Position numbers and translations under genes: made by a program. Under the pieces are notes generated by a model that worked only from the letters and a program-made list of their open reading frames with translations, was not told where the DNA came from and made no database searches. Below are positions 9,315 to 20,300 of a stretch of DNA of 38,262 bases, one piece after another (position 1 is the stretch's first letter; every line of letters starts with the position of its first letter). Source of the DNA: Fidelibacterota bacterium (GTDB taxonomy: Bacteria; Fidelibacterota; Marinisomatia; Marinisomatales; JABMOV01); the NCBI GenBank assembly GCA_046861395.1, contig JBHHUC010000016.1, forward strand, positions 1 through 38,262, in the 5' to 3' direction.

Positions 9315-10985
9315 CTAAGCATGAGTTTTCAACAGGACACGGTGTCCCCATTTAAGCGGCAAATAGACGATAACTAGGCTGATCAGACCCACAGTGCCAA
9401 TGAGGCCTGCCAATTGGGTTGACCATCCACCGGAAAGCCATAATTTATAGACCAGCACCATGCCCCCCACCATGATCCCCACATAAAGCAAGCTGGCCAG
9501 CACGGTAATGATGCCCCCGGCCCCAGACGAAATACGCATGGGGTTGGTTTCATCAAAACGGGGGAATACGGCACCCAGCCCCAGCGATATGCTCACCAGT
9601 CCCAGGCTCATCACAAGCAGAAACAGGGTGGAAATAGTGGCCATGGCCTGATCCTGTCCCAGATAGTAATTGCCCAAAAGGGCAACAATTTCTGACAAGG
9701 TAAAAAACAAGGTAAAGGACATCCAGAATTTCACCTGAAACACGCGGGACAGATTCATGGGGGCCGACAGCAGGATCCACAGACCCGGCCCTTCGAGACT
9801 GATCAGGGGATAGACGAAGCGTGAGGTGAGGGCGGCCAGCATAAATCCCGAAAATCCGAAATTGAAGATATAGATCAGGGTTTGCCAGAATGGATCCATA
9901 TCTTCCAAACGAATATCGGTCCGTGAAAGATTGATAAGATAGATGGCAATGAAAAAGGCAAACATGAGAAATTGGATCCACTGTTGCGGTGTCCGTACGA
10001 ATTGTAAAATATCTTTGATCACCAGGGCGCGATATTGCGATGGCAGACGCCGGAACAGGGAACGATCCGATATGGCACGGAAGGAAAGCCGCTGGCGCCG
10101 GGCATTGACACCTTCCATCACCTGATAAGACGAAAAATACATTTTGGTGGCAAACCAGGCGCTGCATTCAAAAAAGACCAGAGCCGTTGTCACCATCAGA
10201 GCCAGAAAAAAGGCCAACCCGGACCAATCCCGCTGGGCGAAATTCACGATCATTTCACTGAGCCAGTAACTTGGAATGAAAGCAAAGGGCTGCGTGGATA
10301 AATTGCCCATGTAGCGGGACAATACACGGAAATTCCCCGACATCCCCACTAGAATGGTATCTTGCTGGTTGAATTTGAAATAAAGGTAAAATACAAGGGC
10401 GAAAATGCCGGCCAATGCCAGAAATACCGATCGCATTTGAAACCATCGCGATAGATGAACCACAATCTGAATCAATACCAGTCCAATGGCGGCCGCAATT
10501 AACAGGAAGGGTAACAGGGCCAGGGGCAGGAATCCGGCAATGGCGCCGAAGGACAGCGCCTTGACCTGTCCGTAAGCCAGTGTGAGGGGAATACCCAGCA
10601 AAAGAATAGCCCAGGAACTATAGACCAGATTTTCGAATAATTTAAACTTGAATAATTGTACGTAAGCCACGGGTTTGGTCAGGAAAAACGACACTTCTGG
10701 CGACCGGTAAAGGGTGCTCAGGGAAGTGAGAATATTGGATAAAATCAACAGATAGAAAATAATGGACCAGCCTAGGAAAAAAAAGCGATCCAGCAGTAGA
10801 ACACCGATTTCCCCCTGAGATAATAGAAAGCGCGCTCCGGTCAACAAGAGGTGATATCCCCCGACCAGAATTCCCACTACAATGATAACTGGAACTGCCG
10901 TTTCCAGCCATCGCTGACGGAAGCTGGAACGAGCTGAGCGCCAGAATGATTTTGCTCGAATGGATAAGAAGGTGCGGTAAATCAT
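9315..10985 (-). CDS. Putative ABC exporter permease (large multi-TM subunit)
   Basis: About 12-14 TM segments with two related halves (LYRSPEV.F.LT.PV; SLEG..LW.L.S.P). Directly follows an ABC ATPase gene. Confidence 0.8.
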   Translation of the reverse strand: MIYRTFLSIRAKSFWRSARSSFRQRWLETAVPVIIVVGILVGGYHLLLTGARFLLSQGEIGVLLLDRFFFLGWSIIFYLLILSNILTSLSTLYRSPEVSFFLTKPVAYVQLFKFKLFENLVYSSWAILLLGIPLTLAYGQVKALSFGAIAGFLPLALLPFLLIAAAIGLVLIQIVVHLSRWFQMRSVFLALAGIFALVFYLYFKFNQQDTILVGMSGNFRVLSRYMGNLSTQPFAFIPSYWLSEMIVNFAQRDWSGLAFFLALMVTTALVFFECSAWFATKMYFSSYQVMEGVNARRQRLSFRAISDRSLFRRLPSQYRALVIKDILQFVRTPQQWIQFLMFAFFIAIYLINLSRTDIRLEDMDPFWQTLIYIFNFGFSGFMLAALTSRFVYPLISLEGPGLWILLSAPMNLSRVFQVKFWMSFTLFFTLSEIVALLGNYYLGQDQAMATISTLFLLVMSLGLVSISLGLGAVFPRFDETNPMRISSGAGGIITVLASLLYVGIMVGGMVLVYKLWLSGGWSTQLAGLIGTVGLISLVIVYLPLKWGHRVLLKTHA

Positions 10986-11726
10986 CTAAGCCGCGGTTGG
11001 CGTATCGTCGGCCGACTCTTCCACCAGCTGGATAAAGAGTTCCTCCAGGGTTTCGCCGGGTGTGGATTTCAGTTCGTCAAATGTTCCCACGGACAGAAGT
11101 TTGCCCCGGTGCACAATGCCGATCCGGTCCGAAAGCTCTTCCGCTACATTCAGGTTATGCGTGGATAGAAAAACGGTGGTACCGCGGTTTGCTTTTTCCC
11201 GCATCAGTTGCTTCATGTTTCGGCCGGTACGGGGATCCAGTCCCACCATAGGTTCATCGATGATCAGTATTTTCGGTTCATGGATCATGGCGGCGGCAAA
11301 TGCCACCCGTTGCTTCATGCCCCGGGAATAACCTTCAATTTGCTGTTCGAACCAATCTTCCATATCCAGCCGCTCCCGGTATTCGGCAATTTTGGTTCGG
11401 ATGACTGCCGCCGGCAATTGATATAACTGGCCAATGACGGTCAGAAATTCCACGCCGGTGAGTTTATTGTACAGATAAGGGGCATCGGGAATGTAACCGG
11501 TGATTTTTTTTGCTTCCACCGGATGGGAGAGAATATCATACCCGTTCAGCTCAATTCGCCCGTTGTCGGGCGCCGTCAATCCTGTCAGCATTTTTATTGT
11601 TGTGGTTTTTCCGGCGCCGTTCGGCCCCAGCAGACTGAACAGTTCACCGGCCTGAACGGTCAGGGTAAAATGATCCACTGCCGTCAGGGAGCCGAATCGT
11701 TTGGTTACGTTAGAAAGAGAAATCAT
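10986..11726 (-). CDS. ABC transporter ATP-binding protein (ABC-2/DrrA-like)
   Basis: Walker A GPNGAGKTT, signature YSRGM, Walker B IIDEP and switch STH. Confidence 0.95.
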   Translation of the reverse strand: MISLSNVTKRFGSLTAVDHFTLTVQAGELFSLLGPNGAGKTTTIKMLTGLTAPDNGRIELNGYDILSHPVEAKKITGYIPDAPYLYNKLTGVEFLTVIGQLYQLPAAVIRTKIAEYRERLDMEDWFEQQIEGYSRGMKQRVAFAAAMIHEPKILIIDEPMVGLDPRTGRNMKQLMREKANRGTTVFLSTHNLNVAEELSDRIGIVHRGKLLSVGTFDELKSTPGETLEELFIQLVEESADDTPTAA

Positions 11727-13210
11727 GATGGTGTCTTATGGGTTTGTTGGAGAATATGAATTTGCAGTTTTCCCAATACGGGAACCAGTTGTGCGATGCG
11801 TGAAAAATCGCCCTCCATGAAGGTAATGTGGGTGGGGTCGGCCCGGACTTGACCCAGCGTCGGGTCGACGGCAACCCACTGGCCATTCAGATAGACCGAT
11901 GGCCAGGCATGATATAAAAATCGTCCTTGAAGATAGACAATACCAATATTCATTTTTGTCGGCAGTCCCAGGCTTCTGCTGAGGGCCGTGTAGAGGGTCG
12001 TGTGTTCGCTGCAATCGCCGGCTTTTCCATCCAGGATGTCAACGGCCGCCCCCACACTGACGACCGGTTGTTTTTTGATATAATTGAATACAAAATTCAC
12101 GAGTGCTTCCGCCCGTTTTTCGGGATCGGTACTCTCGCGGGTTACCGTGCGCGCCGTACTGACAATCTGCGGGTGAGAGCTCTGAATCAAGGGCGTAGCC
12201 ACCAGGTAAGGGGCCAGAGGTTCGTCAGCGGTCGTGGGAACGGCCCGCATGCGCAACACAACAGGAGAACCGGAGATTAATTGCTGCCGCTCTGAAAGTC
12301 CGGCCAGCACCAGCGAGGAATCAATACCGATCAATTCCAGTTCGAGCTCCGTTAAGTCCTCCTGTCTCAGAATCGGCTGATCCACCGGAATGGCATACGT
12401 TTCAATAAGGTCGGGAGCCTGATCATCAAAAGCCAGAGCAGCGGCCGGAGTGGTCCGCTCCATTACCAACCCAAGGACTGATTGCTCGCGGTATGTCAGA
12501 CCATTATCATCCAGCCAGAACAGAGACGGAAAGCCCCGGAATTCCACTCGTATCTTATTCAAATTATAAGAAGTGCCGTCTATGACGATCGTTTCTTTCC
12601 CTTCGTGGATGATTTCCATTTCACCCATTTCCATGGCCATGGGGTCAAAAGAAGGAATTTTCAGATGATCACCGGGTTTGATCCCCTGCCGCGCCACCAT
12701 GGCCTGAAGCCCCAGTGTACTGTAAACATCGTCGGGCAGGGCGATTTCACGCGTGGTAGTTTCTTTCCCCTGATGGATGGTCAACAGCAGGGTGCCGCCC
12801 TGTCGTTGGCCTACCATGCGGGTATTGAGTTGTTCTGAAAGTAAACGAAAATCGAAGGAAATCAGTCGGAACAGTGTATCTACCCTGACCCGATTTGAAA
12901 GGGAAACTTCGGCCGTTACACCGGCAATGACCGGTCGCATCCGGGTCGTACTGGTAATGGCATAGCCCTCGCTGCCCAGGTTGGTAATGGCGGAAAGTGT
13001 ATATCCCAACTTTTTACCATTGTGATAAATATTCATCCATTCCGAATCGCTGGGAATATTTTTAATGCCGGTGGCCAACGATGCGATGACCCGAGCCCGG
13101 GAAGACGTAATATAATTAGTCTTGAATAGTAAACCGCAGAGTGTCAGCCAGACGATAAGCAGGATGGTCTGATATATGTGGCGGGGCCGGAGTATCCGGT
13201 ATTTCTTCAT
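11723..13210 (-). CDS. Membrane-anchored transglutaminase-like domain protein
   Basis: N-terminal TM anchor; C-terminal triad motifs GDCSEH, YHAW and W..VDPT. Start chosen at ATG 13210 (MKKYRIL); 13267 is an alternative. Confidence 0.85.
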   Translation of the reverse strand: MKKYRILRPRHIYQTILLIVWLTLCGLLFKTNYITSSRARVIASLATGIKNIPSDSEWMNIYHNGKKLGYTLSAITNLGSEGYAITSTTRMRPVIAGVTAEVSLSNRVRVDTLFRLISFDFRLLSEQLNTRMVGQRQGGTLLLTIHQGKETTTREIALPDDVYSTLGLQAMVARQGIKPGDHLKIPSFDPMAMEMGEMEIIHEGKETIVIDGTSYNLNKIRVEFRGFPSLFWLDDNGLTYREQSVLGLVMERTTPAAALAFDDQAPDLIETYAIPVDQPILRQEDLTELELELIGIDSSLVLAGLSERQQLISGSPVVLRMRAVPTTADEPLAPYLVATPLIQSSHPQIVSTARTVTRESTDPEKRAEALVNFVFNYIKKQPVVSVGAAVDILDGKAGDCSEHTTLYTALSRSLGLPTKMNIGIVYLQGRFLYHAWPSVYLNGQWVAVDPTLGQVRADPTHITFMEGDFSRIAQLVPVLGKLQIHILQQTHKTPS

Positions 13211-13326
13211 GGGGCGGAAATTAAATGTAGCCACCGAAGATTCATAACGGTAAGCCGTGGTGAGCATCTAGTTGTCGAGAGAATGACAAAAGACAGGCTT
13301 GGGAACAAATTTCGAATAAATTTTCA

Positions 13327-13621
13327 ACTGGGAGAAACCCATTCGCGGTTCCATTTACCCTTCAAACTGGGAAGGGCGCGTGCCGGGGATATGTGAACCG
13401 CGAAATAGAGGTTGTCGCAGTGGGTAGAGGGCAATATGGCTTCCTTCTCGATTGGAACGGGGTGAGGATAAAACCAGCGAGGGACAAAACAATTATTTTT
13501 CGGTTGAAACGAATAATTCTCAAAGCCTTGTCCGGTTCAAATTCCATAGCTTATCGGTGATTCGTGTAACGCCATCCCAAGCCCGGAACCGGAACCAGAT
13601 CCTCCCGGATGGGATTTGGTT
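13327..13621. other. Hairpin-rich non-coding segment (candidate structured RNA; family not recognised)
   Basis: Perfect 10-bp inverted repeat TTCGCGGTTC (13342-13351)/GAACCGCGAA (13395-13404) enclosing CCCTTC/GAAGGG; further imperfect hairpins at about 13453-13546 and 13593-13621. Confidence 0.3.
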
Positions 13622-13701
13622 TATTGCGAAATATTCAAAGTGGTAAAATTCCGGTGCATTTTATTCCCGTTTTCTGACGGAAAAATGGATTGTATTAAAA
13701 C

Positions 13702-13730
13702 TTGACTATCTCATCCCAGTTGTATAATAT
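13702..13730 (+). promoter_or_regulatory. Sigma70-type promoter for the TonB receptor operon
   Basis: TTGACT (13702-13707) with TAATAT at 17-nt spacing (13725-13730), overlapping TATAAT (13723-13728); AT-rich upstream; about 80 nt before the ATG, which has a GGAG SD. Confidence 0.6.
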
Positions 13731-13811
13731 TACTCCCCAAGGAAATTTATTGCGGAGTTCTTTAGTCGGGATTTCTACGTTTCGGAAAACTTAACAGAAT
13801 GGAGAGAGCAT

Positions 13812-16800
13812 ATGTTAAAACGTCTTAGCGTACGTTATGCGTTTGTGTATCTTTTAATCTTTTTCCTGCCCCTGGCCCTCTTTGCCGGCGATACGGGAAA
13901 AATAACAGGTCGCATCGTTGACAGTGAAAACGGGAATCCTCTCCCCGGTGTCAATGTTGTCCTGCAAGGAACCTCTTACGGAACAGCTTCTGATGCCAAT
14001 GGCGAATTCAAGGTTCTGTTTGTCCCGCCGGGTATATACACCGTCAAACTTTCCTTTATCGGCTATGCCGATATCACCATTGAAAATATCCGCGTCACAA
14101 CCGACTTAACCACGAACATGCAAACCATTGAAATGACTCCGGAAGCCATTCAGGGCGAAGCGATTAATGTGGTTGCCGTGAAACCGTTGCTGGAAATTAC
14201 AGCCACGAATGAAGTTCGGGTCGTACGCTCCGAAGATATTCAGAATATGCCGGTACGCGGCTATGCCAATGTAGCTGCTCTCCAGACCGGTGTTGTTACC
14301 GATGCCGCGGGCAATCTCCATATCCGTGGTGGCCGTACTGATGAAGTTGGTTTTTATGTGGACGGTGTGTACGTTAACAATTCCTATACCTTGGGCCGGG
14401 CTGGTGATGTACCAAACCTGAGCCTGGAAGAAGTCGCCTTTCAATCCGGTGGTTTCGGTGCTGAATATGGTTCTGCTAACGCCGGTATCGTCAGCACTAC
14501 GACCAAAACCGGAGGCACAAAGCTGGAAGGAACCTTTGAGGCTATTACGGATGGTCTTGGCGCCTCCGACCCGTCAGTAGAGAAGCCCTTTGTTTATTCT
14601 TACGGCTATAATCTGCTGTCCGGCGCCGTGGGCGGACCCGTTCCCGGTCTGCGATGGTTACGGTATTTCGGCTCCATGGAACAATCCTCTATGCTGGACG
14701 CCGATCCTTCGGCCGGTCGTGTTCCGTACTACACCGGTGACCTGAACCCCATGAATGGAATGCCCGACAATGGGGAAGAATTCACCGATGCCAACGGGAA
14801 CACCGTTTATGATGAAGGAGAAGCCTTTGTCGATGCCGATGGTGACGGGGAGTATGATCCTCAGGATTATTTGAAAGTGGATCCGAAAGATTTCGCCTAT
14901 AAATATGGCCCCAAACCCAACAATGGTCAGGATCGCACATCTTTTGCTGGAAATATCCTGATTGATTTTCGGCCCTTGGTGGGTCTGCCCTGGAAACTGA
15001 AAGTGGGAGGATCTACATATAACAGTAAACGGTCCAGTTATTCCCACATCCGTTCTCTGTTCAATTTTTACAATACCGCCAGTACGGCTGATGGCGTCGG
15101 TACCACCGGCAAACTGAAGAACCGTTTTTTGGTTTCAGAATCGTTTTTCAACAGTTTCTATACCCGGCTCAGTGGAAACGTCCCGGGCTTTGAAAAAATG
15201 TTTTTTACCGCTCAGTACAGCACATCTCAGGAAGGATTTACGCGCTACGATCCTGTATTCAAAGAAGGATTCGGTACCTGGGTCTGGGAAGACGGGACGG
15301 TATCGGACAGTGAAATTCCCTTCATTCAGTTCGGGAAATATTATGACAATAAAAATCCCTCCTGGGTTTACTTGGATTCTTTAGGAAACCAAGTCACTGC
15401 CACCGGCTGGTCACCAGATACCACCTTGACTTTTGTTAAGATTGATTATGATACGACCTGGATTAACCCGCTGTATAGCACTATCGGTTCGGAGCCCATT
15501 CCATATCAGCAACTGGCCAACTACAACCTGGCCGGAGAATCTTTCCAAACCTATAGAAAGCGTCGTACATCACGGAACACCCTGAAGGGTTCCGTTACCT
15601 GGCAATTGGGCGATCATGAAATAAAATTCGGTGGTGAATATTCCAAGAACACCATTCGTTACTATAACCTGGGTCGCGGCTCCTCTTTAACCGCCTATTT
15701 CCTGAAATCCAACAAAGCCTATTCTCCCACACAGGATATTTATCGCTGGGATCCAACCCTGAACGATGGTGCTGGAGCCCTTGTCAGGGATGTTGCCGGC
15801 GATGGGACTCCGGATTATCTCCAGGACCCCACCGATGCCTGGGATAATGTCGATCGAAATGGCGATGGCGACGTCAACCATGATGATTATTTTGATGAAT
15901 ATGTCTATCAGGCTTTTTCATCTGCCTATGCGGAAAACATGGGTTACGATGTAACTGGACAAAAGGAAGTTAACAGTGGTACGGATAAGGCGCGTGAGCC
16001 GGTCATCGGCGCCTTTTTTGTTCAGGATAAATTCGAAATCCAAGACATGATTCTTAACCTGGGTATGCGTTATGATTACATTGATCCGGCGAATCGCATC
16101 TTCAACCCGGAAACCGGTGGTCGGAACAACATCGTTATTACATCCGGTAATACAATCGCCGAGACCGTATACGCCAAGGATTTGGATAACAACGGCACCC
16201 TGGATCCGGATGAATACAAATATGATGAACCAACCGACGAAGATGGAACCGGAAAACCACATCAAATTCCGGCTGAAATTCGTTCCCTGTTCAGTCCCCG
16301 GGTAGGTCTGGCTTTCCCCATTACGGATAAAACAGTATTTCATGCCACGTATGGAAAATATTTCCAGCAGCCGGAATTAAACCGCATGTTCATCAGTTAT
16401 ACCCGTTTCGTGCAGAACATGACCCAGGGGAACTTTACCACCAATGCCAATCCCGATTTACAACCGGTGGAAAACACACAATATGAAGTCGGTGTAAAAC
16501 AAATGCTGTCACCTTCCGTCAGTGTGGATGTATCCGTCTTCTACAAACAAATGACCGGGTATGTCCAGTTGCGGAATGTTGCGGCCAGTCCCCGTGGTTA
16601 TGCCTTATTTGTAAATGGAGACTATGGCACGGTGAAGGGTTTGAGTCTGGCCTTTAAGACACGCCGGATGAATAATGTTTTACTGGATCTGAATTATACG
16701 CTACAGTATGCCGGCGGAACCGGATCCAGCGCCACAGGATTATACCGGATTGCCTGGCAGGACGGAAACAACCCCACCTACATTTCTCCGCTTGATTTCG

Positions 16801-17294
16801 ATCAGCGGCATACGGGGAGCTTCATGGTGGATTACCGTACCGGGAAACGGGCGCTTATTTCTGATTTCGGTGCCAATATCCTATTACGGGTTGGCAGTGG
16901 ACTGCCGTACACGCCGGTACAGATCAGCACGGAAGTACTGGGTGGAAACAATGCCTACTATCCGACGGCGGCTTTCAATTCCGCCACCATGCCCTGGCGT
17001 GTGAATGTGGACCTGAAACTGGACAAATCCTTTACTGTTGGCGGTGTCAGGTTTAATGCTTTCTTTTGGGTGCTGAATGTGCTGGACAGACAGAATGTCC
17101 TGGATGTATATCCCGGCACTGGCTTGCCGAACGACGACGGTTATCTGTCTACACCATCCGGTCGCCAGTACCTTCAGAACTATGCCCTGGGTGGCGAGAC
17201 CTATGGTGCCGACCTGTATAAATCCAATGTGGATGATCCGGCCAACTATGATGTCCCGCGTCAGGTTCGTGTTGGCATACGGGTGGATTTCTAA
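13812..17294 (+). CDS. TonB-dependent outer-membrane receptor with N-terminal carboxypeptidase-regulatory-like domain
   Basis: Signal peptide ending ALFA; GKITGRIVD..NG.PLPGVNV...G.YTVK.SFIGY; plug motifs HIRGGR.DEV.FYVDGV and GGF.AEYG; FSPR.G.AFP; C-terminal Phe (VGIRVDF). Confidence 0.93.
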   Translation: MLKRLSVRYAFVYLLIFFLPLALFAGDTGKITGRIVDSENGNPLPGVNVVLQGTSYGTASDANGEFKVLFVPPGIYTVKLSFIGYADITIENIRVTTDLTTNMQTIEMTPEAIQGEAINVVAVKPLLEITATNEVRVVRSEDIQNMPVRGYANVAALQTGVVTDAAGNLHIRGGRTDEVGFYVDGVYVNNSYTLGRAGDVPNLSLEEVAFQSGGFGAEYGSANAGIVSTTTKTGGTKLEGTFEAITDGLGASDPSVEKPFVYSYGYNLLSGAVGGPVPGLRWLRYFGSMEQSSMLDADPSAGRVPYYTGDLNPMNGMPDNGEEFTDANGNTVYDEGEAFVDADGDGEYDPQDYLKVDPKDFAYKYGPKPNNGQDRTSFAGNILIDFRPLVGLPWKLKVGGSTYNSKRSSYSHIRSLFNFYNTASTADGVGTTGKLKNRFLVSESFFNSFYTRLSGNVPGFEKMFFTAQYSTSQEGFTRYDPVFKEGFGTWVWEDGTVSDSEIPFIQFGKYYDNKNPSWVYLDSLGNQVTATGWSPDTTLTFVKIDYDTTWINPLYSTIGSEPIPYQQLANYNLAGESFQTYRKRRTSRNTLKGSVTWQLGDHEIKFGGEYSKNTIRYYNLGRGSSLTAYFLKSNKAYSPTQDIYRWDPTLNDGAGALVRDVAGDGTPDYLQDPTDAWDNVDRNGDGDVNHDDYFDEYVYQAFSSAYAENMGYDVTGQKEVNSGTDKAREPVIGAFFVQDKFEIQDMILNLGMRYDYIDPANRIFNPETGGRNNIVITSGNTIAETVYAKDLDNNGTLDPDEYKYDEPTDEDGTGKPHQIPAEIRSLFSPRVGLAFPITDKTVFHATYGKYFQQPELNRMFISYTRFVQNMTQGNFTTNANPDLQPVENTQYEVGVKQMLSPSVSVDVSVFYKQMTGYVQLRNVAASPRGYALFVNGDYGTVKGLSLAFKTRRMNNVLLDLNYTLQYAGGTGSSATGLYRIAWQDGNNPTYISPLDFDQRHTGSFMVDYRTGKRALISDFGANILLRVGSGLPYTPVQISTEVLGGNNAYYPTAAFNSATMPWRVNVDLKLDKSFTVGGVRFNAFFWVLNVLDRQNVLDVYPGTGLPNDDGYLSTPSGRQYLQNYALGGETYGADLYKSNVDDPANYDVPRQVRVGIRVDF

Positions 17295-17338
17295 CACGGG
17301 ATCAATAATTATTAATGTTTGATAAGGAGAGAGACCAT

Positions 17339-20300
17339 ATGAGGGCCAAATATCTATTTACCCTGGCGGTGTTGATTGGAACGCTGGCGTTTCCCAAAGA
17401 GCCGGTAAATCGTGATTCCGATAAACTGTCAGAAGGTCGCTTGAAGACAATGTTTCCCGCTTCGGGAATCCCGGAGCATGTGATCTGGGACGGAAACAAT
17501 ATCAGTACGGTTCACGGTAATCACGGTAACTTTTCCGATTATGATGTTACCGGGAATTCCGGTACCGAATGGCCGAAGGGAAGTAATAAAACGGTCATAT
17601 TCCAGGGCGGTATCTGGCTGGTGAGCGGAAAAACGCGCCTGGCGGGAACGACGGAATGGGTAGAGGAATTACGATCGGCTGCAGCCGAATACACATCCGA
17701 ATTTGTTCCCGGTAGCTATGACGGCGTTACCGATGAAGGTCATGTTTATCAGATTCACCGTGCGGAAATAGATGCCTTTCTGGAAAATGATTATGCCACC
17801 TTTTCCAGCATGAGCGCCATGTTGCCACAAACGGTCATTGAAGGGGCAGATGTATATACTGAACTGGTCGAAAAATCATTCCCCACGGACGATTTTGCGA
17901 ACTGGCCCGTCGCTGCCGGTGCACCCTGGGTTGATGTGGATGGGGACGGTGTATATAATATTGAAAACGGTGATTATCCCGACATTCTTGGTGATATGTT
18001 TCACTGGTATGTGATGAATGACGGCGATGCCGGTCAGCATACGCCCCTGTGGTCAACGGCCCCCATGAACGTGGAAGTCCAAACCTCTCTCTTCGGCTTT
18101 AACCAAGCCGGTCCCCTGGGCGACATTGCTTTCGTACGCTGGGTGATTATAAATAAAGGTGCCGATGACATGGACAGTGTATATGTATCCATCTGGCATG
18201 ATGATGACCTGGGAAGCGCCAATGATGATTTGGTTGGCTGTGACACGTTGCTGAGTGTGGGATATACCTATAATGACCGGGATGGTGATGTTACGTATGG
18301 GGTTGAGGCGCCCTGTGCCGCTTCTGACTTTTTCCAGGGTCCCCTGGTAGATTCCCCCGGTGATACGGCTCAGATTATGACATGGAGCGTAGACAATGGC
18401 TATTACCTGCGTACCGTTCCCGGAAAAAAACGACTAGGCCTTACATCGTTCGTTCCCTATATCAATGGTGATCCAAACCTGCTCGATCCCAATACGGCCG
18501 AAGAAGCATACCGCTATATGAACGGGCGCATCGGAACATCCGGTGATCCTTTCATCGATCCGATTACCGGTCTGGAATCAGTATTTGTATATCCCGGTGA
18601 CCCTGTCGCCGGCACCGGCTGGAATGACGACCATGAACCGGACGATCGTCGTTATCTCATGACTTCAGGTCCTTTCTATCTGGGTTCCGGTGATACGATC
18701 GAAGTCGTAGGTTCCATTATTGTGGCTGCCGGTTCCAACTGGGCCAAATCCATTACCAAAATGAAATATTTTGATAATTTCGCGCAAGGCGCCTTTGATG
18801 CCTTGTTTGATGTGTGCTCACCTCCGGCACCCCAGGTTGAGGTTGCTCAGCTTGATGAAAAAGTTGTTTTTTCCTTTGAAAACGATTTTCAACGGGTGGA
18901 GGATTATGCTTGCACCGGCTATCGCTTTGAAGGTTACAATGTTTATCAGGGTGAATCCCCCACCGGTCCCTGGCAGCGTATAGCCACCTATGACAAAGTG
19001 AACGGTATCAAGCTCATTCTGGATTTGACTCTGGATGACGCTACCGGTGAACTGCTGGAAGTTCCTTCACAGTTCGGAACCGATTCTGGTATTCCGCACT
19101 ATATTGAAATCACGGAAGACAAGATTAACGGTACGCACCTGATCAATAACCGGGAATATTATTTTTCCATTACATCCTATGCCTATGATGGCGCTGCCGC
19201 CCAGCGGGTAATCGAAAGTCCCATTCAGGTCATTCGTGTTGTTCCCGGCGTTCCGGGTGTTGGGTCGGATTTGGCATCCCTGCACGCCGACATTTTGTCT
19301 GTCGAACATTCGAATGGTACAGCGGCGGCGTTGGTAGAGCCGATTGTCATTGATCCCTACCAGTTAAACAATCTGGATTACACCGTTTCTGTTGAAACTG
19401 TTGGCGATACAGCATCAAAATGGGTGCTGTCGGTTGGCGGAACGTCTGTATTGGAAGGCATGGATTTCCCTGCAACGGAAGACTATTTCGCGGCGATGAA
19501 AGCGGCCAATGGTGGTGTTGATTTTCCGGGCCTTTATGTGACCAACACCATCACGGACGGGTTCATTTTGACTTTCCGTGGAGGAACCTGGGAAATTCCC
19601 GGTGTGGATACATCCTGGGTGACGGAAGACCCCTATGATTCAACTGAAATCGTGTTCCAGGGCGTTGATGGCACCTGGGCTGGTTTCCTGGATGGTCTGC
19701 ATGCCTCTTTCCCGCAAATTCCCGGCCCGGACGGCTTAGCTACACTGAGCAATCTCCAAAACGATCTTGAAATACGGTTTACGGAAACAGGGTCGGCTGC
19801 TTCGTGGTTCAGTGCCGGTGTTCTCCAGGGCGCAATTAGCGCCGATACACTATGGGTGCCTTTTGAACTCTGGGATACGGAAAATGACATGCGGATCAAT
19901 GTGGCGCTCTACCAGGTCGCTCCGCCAACGAAACCGGCTTCTTCCATAGTATTAGTGGATAGCGTTAACGGTAGTTACCAGTTCAGTACCAACATACAGG
20001 TTATTCCCGTTTATACGCCCTATGATGGCAATCTGATCGACTTTGCCAACGATGCCTCAGCGACAGGTTGGACATTGAAATTCGATCGTGGAGCTACATT
20101 GTTTGAATACGGCAATGTTCTCCACGTAAAGTTTGCCAATCCGCTTATAGCCGGTACCGATACTTATACCTTTAATGCATCCGGATTAACCGATGCGGCC
20201 GATGCAAAGAGTCAACTGGATGAAATTAACGTCTGGCCCAATCCCTATTTTGGTCAGAATCCGGAAGAAACCACACCGAACAACCGATTGGTTTACTTCA

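Noticed and set aside
13355..13376. tRNA-Sec (CTTCAAA), SRP RNA or 6S RNA
   Set aside because: No anticodon stem around CTTCAAA, no T-loop GTTCGA, no SRP CAGG..GGAA..AGCAG motif, and no 6S consensus I can verify; left as an unassigned hairpin.
13326..13440. Cobalamin riboswitch upstream of the TonB receptor (CTGGGAAGG resembles part of a B12 box)
   Set aside because: The other conserved elements (AGGGAA..GGTG.AA.TCC, GCCCCCGC, GCCACTG) are not present in order, and the segment lies upstream of the inferred promoter at 13702.
13178..13646. Short ORFs in the large intergenic gap (13178-13396, 13362-13547, 13452-13646)
   Set aside because: No recognisable motifs or convincing SD, they overlap each other on opposite strands, and two use non-ATG starts.
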